From contig PXBB01000140.1 of assembly GCA_003565735.1 (NCBI GenBank), forward strand, positions 15,231 to 79,230: a stretch of 64,000 bases of DNA, in the 5' to 3' direction. The position numbers and the translations under genes were made by a program. The number at the start of each line of letters is the position of its first letter. The stretch's first letter is position 1. Shown piece after piece: positions 1 through 8,928 of this stretch. Below the pieces are notes generated by a model. The model saw only the letters and a program-made list of their open reading frames with translations. It searched no databases and was not told the DNA's origin. This DNA comes from Bacteroidales bacterium. GTDB lineage: Bacteria > Bacteroidota > Bacteroidia > Bacteroidales > PXBB01.

Positions 1-902
1 TTAGGCATAATGATGTTAGCCCCGGCCTTGATAATTTTTTCTCGCCCTAATTTATCAATTGCTTGCAGCGCTGTTGTTGCTGCCATATTAATATCTTTCA
101 TCATAATGCGCAAAATAGCAATCATTTTCATGCTTAGCTCAAACCTTTCATTTAAGGGCAAAAGATGGCTTTTGTGTGCATAAAGCGGTGTATCTTCATG
201 TTCTATATAAGGGCCCATGCCACACATGTCAATATCTGTTTTTTTCATAAAAAGGAGGTCTTCTGCAAGGTCACTAATGCTTTGGTAAGGGAGTCCAATC
301 ATAACCCCGGTCCCTGTTTGATAGCCAATATCTTTAAGGGAATTAAGACATTCTATTCTCCTTTCCCACGAATGTTCAGCATTATTTGGGTGTAGCTTTT
401 CATATAACGACCGAACGCTGGTTTCAATTCTCAGCAGGTAGCGATGGGCTCCCGCATCAAACCATTTGGCATAAACATCTCTGGTTTGTTCTCCACACGA
501 TAAAGTTATGCCCAATTTATTGTCGGATAGTTTTTTGATTTTTGTTATCAAATCGGTTATACGTGTTGTAAAATTGGCTGATTGCATTTCTCCCGACTGT
601 ATTACAATAGAGCCGTAGTTATTTTTAAAAGCAAAATCAGCGGCCTCAATCACTTCCTGGTCTGTCAGATTGTAGCGCTCAATATTTTTATTATCTTTTC
701 TTATGCCGCAATAGTAGCAATTTTTAGAGCATATATTAGACAGTTCGATAAGGCCTCTCAGGTAAACCTTATTGCCCAGATGTGCTGCTTTATCTGCTGC
801 TGCTTTCTCAAAAAGTTGACGCCGCAGCTCACCCGTACTATTCAAAAGTGTGATTATTTCTTTTTTTGAGAAGTTTTCTTTATTTAAAATGGCTGACTTC
901 AT
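1..902 (-). CDS. hydE: [FeFe]-hydrogenase H-cluster radical SAM maturase HydE (3' end runs off the window)
   Basis: Not in the ORF track; translated by hand from ATG at 902: MKSAILNKENFSKKEII...VYLRGLIELSNICSKNCYYCGIRKDN (CxxxCxxC), later ...INMAATTALQAIDKLGREKIIKAGANIIMP. Lies directly downstream of hydF. Confidence 0.88.
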   Translation of the reverse strand, partial: MKSAILNKENFSKKEIITLLNSTGELRRQLFEKAAADKAAHLGNKVYLRGLIELSNICSKNCYYCGIRKDNKNIERYNLTDQEVIEAADFAFKNNYGSIVIQSGEMQSANFTTRITDLITKIKKLSDNKLGITLSCGEQTRDVYAKWFDAGAHRYLLRIETSVRSLYEKLHPNNAEHSWERRIECLNSLKDIGYQTGTGVMIGLPYQSISDLAEDLLFMKKTDIDMCGMGPYIEHEDTPLYAHKSHLLPLNERFELSMKMIAILRIMMKDINMAATTALQAIDKLGREKIIKAGANIIMP

Positions 903-918
903 ATTTTACTCCCTGCTA

Positions 919-2112
919 TTATCTGAAAATTTCCGTTACTCTGTTGAAAATACCCGTTGTATAGGCTATAACCATACCATAATTACTAACAGGGGTATTG
1001 GCTTCAATAAAAGGTTTTAACCGACCCTCCAGTTGTTTTCGGGTAACAACACAGCCACCACACTGGATAACCATAGCATAATCCTGAATATTTCCGGGGA
1101 TGTCTGATAAACCCGCAACAACAGTAAATTCTATATTTTTCCCTGTAAACTCCTTGAGCCATTTGGGTATTTTATATCTTCCAATATCATCGCAACTTAC
1201 CTGATGTGTACACGATTCCAGAATAAGAACCCTGTCTTTATCTTTAAGCTTGTCTATATGAGGCGTACCACTCATATAAGCAGGGAAGTTGCCCCTGTAA
1301 CGGGCAAAAATAATACTAAAACTTGTTAAGGGCGTATCAGGCGCAATAACACTTGAAACGTACGTAAAAACCTGACTATCTGTGACCACCAAATCGGGCT
1401 TAACGCCCTTAGCTAAAAAATCTTCCAATTCAGTTTCACGCACCGAAGCACAGATACAATGCTTGTCGAGTAAATCGCGCCAGGCCATTACCTGAGGTAA
1501 AATCATACGTCCAACAGGTGCCTCAGAATCTATGGGTGTTACCAGTAAAACAAAATCTTTAGGCTTAACAATACCATCAAAGAGAGATGTAGAAGCATAT
1601 ACAGTTTTTGGTATCGTTTCTGTAATGTGTTTTATTAAAGCATCTTTATAACTCCCCGAAAAGGTATTAAAGTCAAAAACTATCGCGTTGTAATGTGATT
1701 TGATGGTTCTTTCCAAATCTGCATCTAAGGGCTCTTCGTCTGATTTGTTATGAAGAACAAGGAAAGGGACATCGTAATACTTGAATTGCTTGATAATTTC
1801 CTTTTCATAATCGGCAAAAACATTACCTGATATTACCAATATGGCCATATCTATGGTCGGTATTACTTTCATTGTTTTGTCAACACGCAAATTACCCAGT
1901 TCACCACTGTCATCAATGCCCGCTGTGTCAATTACTACAGCCGGACCGATGCCAAATATTTCTACAGACTTCTTTACCGGATCGGTGGTTGTGCCTGGCT
2001 GTGACGAAACGATGGCTGTTTTCTGATCCGTAAGATAATTTATCAATGTGCTCTTGCCGTTATTGCGTCGCCCAAAAATACCAATATGCGGTTTTAAATC
2101 TTTACCCTTCAT
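919..2112 (-). CDS. hydF: [FeFe]-hydrogenase H-cluster maturation GTPase HydF
   Basis: P-loop GRRNNGKS, GTTTDPV, DTAG, NKxD; C-terminal ESCTH...QCGGC cluster-binding motif. Confidence 0.95.
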   Translation of the reverse strand: MKGKDLKPHIGIFGRRNNGKSTLINYLTDQKTAIVSSQPGTTTDPVKKSVEIFGIGPAVVIDTAGIDDSGELGNLRVDKTMKVIPTIDMAILVISGNVFADYEKEIIKQFKYYDVPFLVLHNKSDEEPLDADLERTIKSHYNAIVFDFNTFSGSYKDALIKHITETIPKTVYASTSLFDGIVKPKDFVLLVTPIDSEAPVGRMILPQVMAWRDLLDKHCICASVRETELEDFLAKGVKPDLVVTDSQVFTYVSSVIAPDTPLTSFSIIFARYRGNFPAYMSGTPHIDKLKDKDRVLILESCTHQVSCDDIGRYKIPKWLKEFTGKNIEFTVVAGLSDIPGNIQDYAMVIQCGGCVVTRKQLEGRLKPFIEANTPVSNYGMVIAYTTGIFNRVTEIFR

Positions 2113-2428
2113 ATGCTTACTGTTTTAAGCTTTTATACTTAACCGATAATGTTTCCTAATACAAAAATACTCTTTTTTAAGATGCTGTACTCACAAAAAG
2201 TTAATAAAAATATGTATAGAGCTGACATTATGCTCAATAATACCTGGGTTTGATTTTTTTTTGATTTGTATTTTATAAGAATGTGAAGTATGATGCGCCG
2301 AAGACTTATAAACACGTTTTTAAACACCTGAAGGGAAAAATAACGACCATTTTGAATAATGATTTGTAAATTCCAGCTTTAAAAAGTATTTTTACCAAAG
2401 AATTTTTTGATAGAAAAAACACCGTGTA

Positions 2429-5400
2429 ATGGAATTGAAAGCATTTAAACCAAGAAAATCTCTCAATAAAGCATTTCTAAAGCTAAAGCCGAGCAGAGCC
2501 GACATTGAAACTTTTAAAACAAACTTAATTGAGCTTATTGATCGTTCATATCCCAGTGAATCAGAAGAGTTTCATAAGAATTTAGTGGCTGCTTTTCTAA
2601 ACAGAACTTACTACCACCCGAATTTTTTTGTAAATACCAAAGGGAGAAAAGACCTGGTCATCTACAATGGCAAAGACAGCAAAAGCTCCGTAGGTGTTAT
2701 TATAGAAGCCAAAAAGCCGACCAACAAGGCTGAAATGCTGAGCCTTGACAATATTAATGTCAAAGCTTTCCATGAGCTTATTCTGTATTACTTGCGGGAG
2801 CGTATCACCGAAAAAAACCTTGACCTGAAGCATATCATTGCCACAAACATTAACGAATGGTTTGTATTTGAGGCCCATTTGTTTGAAAAGCTATTTGCTC
2901 AAAACAAAAGCTTGGTAAAGCAATTTACCGACTTTGAAGAAAAGCGTTTAGGTGGCAAAAGCACCGACTTCTTTTATAACGAAATAGCCAAACCCTTTGT
3001 AGAGCAAATTAAGCAAGAAATAACCTTTACATATTTCGACTTGCGCGACTATGAAAAGCCGTTGAAAAACAAGGACAAGGCTGATGACACCAAACTCATA
3101 GCACTCTTTAAACTGTTTTCGCCCGAACACCTGCTTAAACTGCCTTTTGCCAACGACAGCAATACCTTAGACAAGCGTTTTTATGCCGAGTTGCTGCATA
3201 TTATCGGACTAACGGAAACCAAACAAGGCAGCAAAAAACTTATTGAACGCAAGACGGAAAAAGAAAGAAACACAGGCTCACTTATCGAGAATGCCATCAT
3301 TCAGTTGGACAGTCTAGACAAAGTTTCAAGGCTGAAAAACCCCGGACAATACGGCAGTACACCAAAAGAAAGGCTTTTTGCCATAGGGCTTGAGCTTAGC
3401 ATTACATGGATAAACAGAATCCTGTTTCTAAAACTTTTGGAAGCCCAGTTGCTTAAATACCACAAAGGCAATAAGAACTATGCCTTTTTGAACCTAAAGA
3501 AAATTCAAAACTATGACGACCTAAACACACTTTTTTTTCAGGTATTGGCCAGAAAACACAATGACAGGAACGGAGATGTGAAAAAAGAATTTGAAAAGGT
3601 ACCTTATCTCAACTCATCTTTGTTTGAGCCTTCCGAAATAGAGCACAGCACACTTTTAATTAGCAATTTACGTGATGACAAAAAACTCCCGATTCTTTCA
3701 AGCACAGTTCTGAAAGACAGCACCGGCAAAAAACGCAGCGGTGAACTCACAACCCTGCACTACCTTTTCGAGTTTTTAGACGCTTATGACTTTAGCAGCG
3801 AGGGCAGCGAAGATATTCAGGAAGAAAACAAAACACTTATAAATGCTTCTGTGCTGGGTTTGATTTTTGAAAAAATAAATGGCTACAAAGATGGCTCATT
3901 CTTTACACCCGGGTTTATAACCATGTATATGTGCCGCGAAACCATAAGGCGGGCTGTTGTGCAGAAATTTAATGAAGCTGCGGAGGAGCCTGTCGAAGTC
4001 CCCGCTGTGACTGGCGTTTCGACAGGCTCAACGCCCCACAAGAACCCAAGTTTCACAACCCTCAATGAGATCTATAACGCCATAGGCGAAGACAGCAGGG
4101 CTTTGTTTTCAACCAAAGAAGCCAATAACATCATCAACAGTCTTAAAATTTGTGACCCTGCCGTAGGTTCAGGACATTTTCTGGTGTCGGCTCTTAATGA
4201 AATTATTGCCATAAAAAACGACTTGGGCATATTGTTAGACAGAGACGGGAAACGCCTCAAGCAATACCATTTTGAAGTCGTTAATGATGAACTTGTGATA
4301 ACCGACGAAGACGGCGAATTATTTGAGTACCACCCCACCCATAAAGAGAGCCAAAGAGTACAGGAAGCTTTGTTTCACGAAAAGCAAACCATCATTGAAA
4401 ACTGCCTGTTTGGTGTGGACATCAACCCCAATTCCGTAAAAATATGCCGTTTGCGGCTGTGGATTGAATTGCTTAAAAATGCCTATTACAAAACCTCCTC
4501 CCCTGAAAAGGGGAGATGGCCGGAGGCCGGAGGGGTCAAAAAAAATTTACCACATCCCGAAGGGGGAGGTGGTTGTAATTTAAATAATTTACCACATCTT
4601 AAAACATTCCGTAAAAACCTTCGCAACAACCTAACTCCGGCAGAAGCCACTTTGTGGACTATGCTGAAAGGCAAAGCCTTGGATGGACGCAAATTCAGGA
4701 GACAACACAGTGTGGCCAATTATATTCTCGACTTTTATTGCCCCGAAGAAAGACTGGCCATAGAGCTGGATGGGCAGGGGCATTTTGAACACAACCAGGC
4801 AGAATATGACAGAGAAAGGGACTTGTTTTTAAAGCATGTTGGAATAAAGGTTTTGAGGTTTGAGAATAGGTGGGTTTGGGATAATGCTGAGGGGTTGTTG
4901 AATGCTGTTAGAGATGAATTTGGAAAACAACCACCCCGTCAGCCACAGGCTGACACCCCTCCTTTGAAAGGAGGGGAACTGGACCACCCCGGCTCTTCGA
5001 GCCACCCCTCCTTGAAAGGAGGGGAGCTTAGGGAACTTGAAACCCTACCTAATATTGACATCAATATAAAATGTGGCAACTCCCTTATTTCTCGGTATGC
5101 ATTAAATGTGGATTTAAGAAAAATATTAAAAAAAGTAAAATGGACTATTGACACCTATCGCATCGCTGTGCATAATTACAGGAATGCCAAAACCAGAGAA
5201 GAAAAGCATGCGATGGAAAAATTGATTGATGACATTAAAATTGATTTTACCAAACATATTACTCAAAACAGCCCACTGCAGGTAAAACTTGACAAACTAC
5301 AATACGAGTACAACATTTTTGTGGCACCTAATTTTTTCAAGAATTCAGATACAGCCGAAGAACCACAAGAAATTTACGGAAATAAGGAAAATAAGAAAAA

Positions 5401-6793
5401 ATACGAAAAACGTAAAAAAGAACTCGAAACCCAAATTAAAAAAGTTACTCAAGATATTGAAGATTCATATAACAATATAATATTTCAAAATGCTTTTGAA
5501 TGGCGCTTCGAGTTTCCCGAAGTGCTGAATGATGATGGCGATTTTATTGGGTTTGATGTGGTGATTGGAAATCCGCCGTATATAAGACAAGAAGAAGTAA
5601 AAGATTTAAGTGCTTACTTTCAAAGCAAGTTTAAAAGTTTTTCAGGTAAGTCAGATATTTACGTTTTCTTCTATGAAAACAGCATTAATTTATTAAAACC
5701 CCATGGTGCAATTAACTTCGTAACGTCTGGGAAATTCTTTGAAGCAAGCTATGGCAAACCCCTGATTGAATTTCTTCTTAACAACACCGAAATAATCGAA
5801 ATAATAAACTTCAATGACCTTCCAGTTTTTGGAGGTGCAACAGCATATCCATTAATTTACTTTGCAATAAAGAAAAGTAAAGATGACTACCAATTCAATT
5901 ATTACAGTCTAAATGAATTACCAACTTTTTCACTAAAAGAAAAACTGAGTATTGTAGACTTGCTAAGCACATCAAAATCCATTTTCACGCAAAATGATTT
6001 CAAATTTGTTGATAATAGAATTTCAAACATCATTGAAAAAATAAAAATTGGAACCGTTCCAATAAAGGACTTTTGCGGACTGCCAATTGTTGGAGTTAAG
6101 ACAGGATTTAATAAAGGCTTCTTGACTGATTTAAAAAATGATAAAATAGTAAAACCATATGTCTTTGGCAGAGACATCAAAAAATATAGCCCAATTAAAC
6201 CTACTAACAAAATCATCTTTCCATATAATGATGACTATTCCATTGCTGACATAAAGAAATATCCAGAAATATCATCCTATCTTGAAAAACAGAAAGCAAA
6301 ATTATCTCAAAGAGCTATAATTAAAGAAGGCTTAGTTAATAAAACAAAATGTTGGTATGAATATCAGCAGATAAACAAAACCGTTGATTACAACACAGAA
6401 TATATAATCTACCCAAACGTATCATTGGGTAATAATTTCACATTGACAAAAGGTGCAGTAATAGATATGACGGGCTTTTTGATTAAATCAAATAGTCGTT
6501 TCGTATTGGCAATTTTGAACTCAAAACTTATTGCTTTTTTAATGAACATTTGGAGCATTAGTCGCAGGGGTGGTTACTTAGAATATAAAGTGCAATACAT
6601 TGAGAAAATTCCAATTAAAAATATTTCTAAAAGAAAGCAAAAGCCATTCATTGAGTTAGTGGAAAAGGTTTTAGCAGGTCGCAACAATGATAATGACACC
6701 ACAGAGTTAGAAAACCAAATTGACCAATTGGTTTATGAGTTGTATGGTTTGAGTGAGGAAGAGATAAGGATTATTGAAGACAATGTAAAATAA
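2429..6793 (+). CDS. Type IIG restriction-modification enzyme (REase + N6-adenine MTase + TRD) carrying an inserted DUF559 nuclease domain
   Basis: N-terminal D...IEAKK nuclease motif; MTase motif I DPAVGSGHF and motif IV GNPPY; TaqI-C-like TRD; C-terminal IDQLVYELYGLSEEEI. Confidence 0.9.
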   Translation: MELKAFKPRKSLNKAFLKLKPSRADIETFKTNLIELIDRSYPSESEEFHKNLVAAFLNRTYYHPNFFVNTKGRKDLVIYNGKDSKSSVGVIIEAKKPTNKAEMLSLDNINVKAFHELILYYLRERITEKNLDLKHIIATNINEWFVFEAHLFEKLFAQNKSLVKQFTDFEEKRLGGKSTDFFYNEIAKPFVEQIKQEITFTYFDLRDYEKPLKNKDKADDTKLIALFKLFSPEHLLKLPFANDSNTLDKRFYAELLHIIGLTETKQGSKKLIERKTEKERNTGSLIENAIIQLDSLDKVSRLKNPGQYGSTPKERLFAIGLELSITWINRILFLKLLEAQLLKYHKGNKNYAFLNLKKIQNYDDLNTLFFQVLARKHNDRNGDVKKEFEKVPYLNSSLFEPSEIEHSTLLISNLRDDKKLPILSSTVLKDSTGKKRSGELTTLHYLFEFLDAYDFSSEGSEDIQEENKTLINASVLGLIFEKINGYKDGSFFTPGFITMYMCRETIRRAVVQKFNEAAEEPVEVPAVTGVSTGSTPHKNPSFTTLNEIYNAIGEDSRALFSTKEANNIINSLKICDPAVGSGHFLVSALNEIIAIKNDLGILLDRDGKRLKQYHFEVVNDELVITDEDGELFEYHPTHKESQRVQEALFHEKQTIIENCLFGVDINPNSVKICRLRLWIELLKNAYYKTSSPEKGRWPEAGGVKKNLPHPEGGGGCNLNNLPHLKTFRKNLRNNLTPAEATLWTMLKGKALDGRKFRRQHSVANYILDFYCPEERLAIELDGQGHFEHNQAEYDRERDLFLKHVGIKVLRFENRWVWDNAEGLLNAVRDEFGKQPPRQPQADTPPLKGGELDHPGSSSHPSLKGGELRELETLPNIDINIKCGNSLISRYALNVDLRKILKKVKWTIDTYRIAVHNYRNAKTREEKHAMEKLIDDIKIDFTKHITQNSPLQVKLDKLQYEYNIFVAPNFFKNSDTAEEPQEIYGNKENKKKYEKRKKELETQIKKVTQDIEDSYNNIIFQNAFEWRFEFPEVLNDDGDFIGFDVVIGNPPYIRQEEVKDLSAYFQSKFKSFSGKSDIYVFFYENSINLLKPHGAINFVTSGKFFEASYGKPLIEFLLNNTEIIEIINFNDLPVFGGATAYPLIYFAIKKSKDDYQFNYYSLNELPTFSLKEKLSIVDLLSTSKSIFTQNDFKFVDNRISNIIEKIKIGTVPIKDFCGLPIVGVKTGFNKGFLTDLKNDKIVKPYVFGRDIKKYSPIKPTNKIIFPYNDDYSIADIKKYPEISSYLEKQKAKLSQRAIIKEGLVNKTKCWYEYQQINKTVDYNTEYIIYPNVSLGNNFTLTKGAVIDMTGFLIKSNSRFVLAILNSKLIAFLMNIWSISRRGGYLEYKVQYIEKIPIKNISKRKQKPFIELVEKVLAGRNNDNDTTELENQIDQLVYELYGLSEEEIRIIEDNVK
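3986..4029. repeat. REP-like palindrome inside the R-M coding sequence
   Basis: Perfect 12-bp inverted repeat GAGCCTGTCGAA (3986-3997) / TTCGACAGGCTC (4018-4029) with a 20-nt spacer. Confidence 0.75.
4493..5032 (+). mobile_element. In-frame DUF559 (Vsr-like) endonuclease cassette flanked by GC-rich double-hairpin repeats
   Basis: Encodes RKNLRNNLTPAEATLW...FRRQH...ILDFYC...LAIELDGQGH...GIKVLRFEN. Double-hairpin units at 4494-4536 (inverted), 4930-4976 and 4983-5024. Confidence 0.72.
4930..5024 (+). repeat. Two tandem double-hairpin repeat units
   Basis: ACCACCCC-GTCAGCC aca GGCTGAC-A-CCCCTCCTTT g AAAGGAGGGG and ACCACCCC-GGCTC ttc GAGCC-A-CCCCTCCTT ga AAGGAGGGG. Confidence 0.85.
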
Positions 6794-6799
6794 ATAGTT

Positions 6800-7171
6800 A
6801 TGACAAAAGAAAGCACCATAAAATTATTTGAACAACGCCAAATACGTTCGTTATGGAATGAGGAGGAAGAAAAGTGGTATTTTTCGATAGTGGATGTAGT
6901 AGGTGTTTTGACAGACAGCCCTAATCCTAATAACTACTGGAAAGTACTTAAACACAGACTGGCAAAAGAAGGCAGTGAGTTGGTTACAAATTGTAACCAA
7001 CTGAAAATGCAATCAAGTGATGGGAAATACTACAAAACTGATGTCGCCGACACAGAGCAATTATTTCGTCTTATACAAAGTATTCCCTCACCAAAAGCAG
7101 GGCCCTTTAAAATGTGGCTTGAGGGTGGCGAAAATCGCTATAGTAGAATCTCATTAACCAAATTATTATAG
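6800..7171 (+). pseudogene. BRO-N domain protein, apparently C-terminally truncated
   Basis: IKLFE..IRSLW.EEEEKWYFSIVDVV...YWKVLK.RL...DGKYYKTDVADTEQLFRLIQSIPSPKA.PFK.WL is typical BRO-N. The sequence departs from the family after WL and stops 16 aa later. Confidence 0.6.
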
Positions 7172-7254
7172 GATTTTTGAAGACTTTGACACATAATAAA
7201 ACACGCGTAAAAGGTAGAATTGTGGAGGGGGCTTGCAGTGTAAAATTAAATAAC

Positions 7255-8613
7255 ATGAATTATAATTTAGATCTTATTATTTCTTTTCCAAAAATTGATT
7301 TTGATAGTACTTGGGAAGAAATTTACGAAAAAACTAATTGTCAATTCACTTCTAACCTTTTAGTTGACAACAACCAAATAGCTTTGACAATTCATTTTGA
7401 TAAAGGAACCGGTTTTGGCACAAAACTTATTTATTGGCTTGAAAAAAATGGATTTGAAAAATTTGGCAGACATATCAAAGCAGAAATAACTAGTTCGTCC
7501 AACATTAATAAAATTATCTTTTCTGAAGCGGAAATAATGACCAGCAATTTAAAATCAGATTTTATAGTATTGTATTTGTCAAGTATAAGAATAGAAGAAG
7601 AAACTTCTACAATTAATGAAACCTATGCAAATTTTTATTTGAATGAGGTAGGAGACTCTTTGACAAACCGCTTTTATTCAGATTTTCAAATAGTTGACGA
7701 CTTTCTAAACTTCAAACATTTAAATAAAGATTTCTTTAAAATTTCAAACTATGAATACCGCCCCGAATTTGAACTACAAATTATTGAGCAAAACACAAAA
7801 GTTCTAAAAATTGGGAAAGTGCCCAAATTGCACTTTAAAAATATAACAGGGGCTTCAAATGAAATTTTAAATTGCGTCAAGATAATCTGTGACGGTATTT
7901 CTTTTTACGGCAAAGCCTATTTATACTATGATAAGGCTGTTATTCAATTAAAAGGAAAAAGGATATATATTAAAAATATTATAAAGCCTCTGCCTTTAAA
8001 GCCGTGGTTTAACTTATTTCTTGTTGGTAATAAAATGGATATTTTTGAGTTTTTAAGAAATGATTGGGCATCAAAAATCGCATCAAAAAAAGACTATTTA
8101 AAGTTTTCAACCATAGTCAGCAAATTTTTACAGGCTTTAATTTTAGATGACAGAAATAAATTTTTGATTCAATATAGTATTTTAGAAATCCTTAGAGGTG
8201 GTAAAGATGGAAATGAAAAAGAAAAATTTGAATGTATCGTAGATGATAAAGAAAAAGAAAAAATACTTACTCAGTCATTTGAAATAATTCTTAAGTGTGT
8301 TGATATAAAAGACCATGAGGATATAAAATCAAAATGGAAGTATCATAAAGACAAAATTTTTGAAAGACCTTCTAAAAGAAACATTCAAGATTTTTTAAGC
8401 CAAAATAGCATTCATCAAGAAAAATTCCCATCAAAATTCAGCACAAATAAAATTGTTAAAATGAGGGATAACATTGCCCATGGAAGTATTAGAAAGGTTA
8501 AGGAAGGGGAGTTGAAACAAATGAATAAAATCTTGCTTCGCATTAATACTATTTTGATTTTAAACTATTTAGAAATAGATGAATGGGTTTTTGATATATC
8601 AGATATTAAGTAG
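7255..8613 (+). CDS. HEPN-domain protein (ApeA-like), putative defence RNase
   Basis: C-terminal RxxxxH motif (MRDNIAHG) in a helical region; very AT-rich; defence-islet context. ATG at 7255 preferred over the TTG at 7177. Confidence 0.6.
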   Translation: MNYNLDLIISFPKIDFDSTWEEIYEKTNCQFTSNLLVDNNQIALTIHFDKGTGFGTKLIYWLEKNGFEKFGRHIKAEITSSSNINKIIFSEAEIMTSNLKSDFIVLYLSSIRIEEETSTINETYANFYLNEVGDSLTNRFYSDFQIVDDFLNFKHLNKDFFKISNYEYRPEFELQIIEQNTKVLKIGKVPKLHFKNITGASNEILNCVKIICDGISFYGKAYLYYDKAVIQLKGKRIYIKNIIKPLPLKPWFNLFLVGNKMDIFEFLRNDWASKIASKKDYLKFSTIVSKFLQALILDDRNKFLIQYSILEILRGGKDGNEKEKFECIVDDKEKEKILTQSFEIILKCVDIKDHEDIKSKWKYHKDKIFERPSKRNIQDFLSQNSIHQEKFPSKFSTNKIVKMRDNIAHGSIRKVKEGELKQMNKILLRINTILILNYLEIDEWVFDISDIK

Positions 8614-8787
8614 TTAAAAGTCTCCATTTACCAAAGCGCTTTTACAAAACCCCTGCCATTTTTAATAAGATTATCATTTTTAAGATAAATGTTGTTGCTT
8701 ATTTTTATTGTGTCTAAATAAAAATATTCTGTTAAAAAAAAGGAATAAATGTTAAAAAAAACTGCTTATAAGTTTCTGATTATGTTG

Positions 8788-8795
8788 TATTTTTG
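8788..8795 (+). promoter_or_regulatory. Bacteroidota sigma-A -7 element for the NYN gene
   Basis: TATTTTTG matches TAnnTTTG, about 135 nt upstream of ATG 8929. Confidence 0.5.
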
Positions 8796-8803
8796 AGATG
8801 TAT

Positions 8804-8866
8804 AAAAAAGAAACGCTCCTTTTTGGGGAGCGTCGGCCCATAAATACTATTTATGGGGCTGTTACA
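8804..8866 (-). ncRNA. Candidate ~60-nt antisense sRNA overlapping the NYN 5' leader
   Basis: Minus-strand TATATTTG at 8879-8872; hairpin at 8837-8857; terminator-like hairpin ACGCTCC/GGAGCGT (8813-8833) followed by TTCTTTTTT on the minus strand. Confidence 0.4.
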
Positions 8867-8928
8867 TAATGCAAATATACAACAAAAATATTGTATAAGA
8901 TGAAAAAAAAAACAAAAAAAAAGTTAAA

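Noticed and set aside
2139-2327. 62-aa ORF upstream of hydF
   Set aside because: Low-complexity AT-rich translation in a divergent promoter region; no recognisable motif.
4930-5024. CRISPR mini-array
   Set aside because: Only two non-identical units with no spacer-length unique sequence between them, inside an ORF, and no cas genes.
4493-5032. Intein in the R-M enzyme
   Set aside because: No Hint-domain motifs or C-terminal His-Asn followed by Cys/Ser/Thr; the insert ends are translated DNA palindromes.
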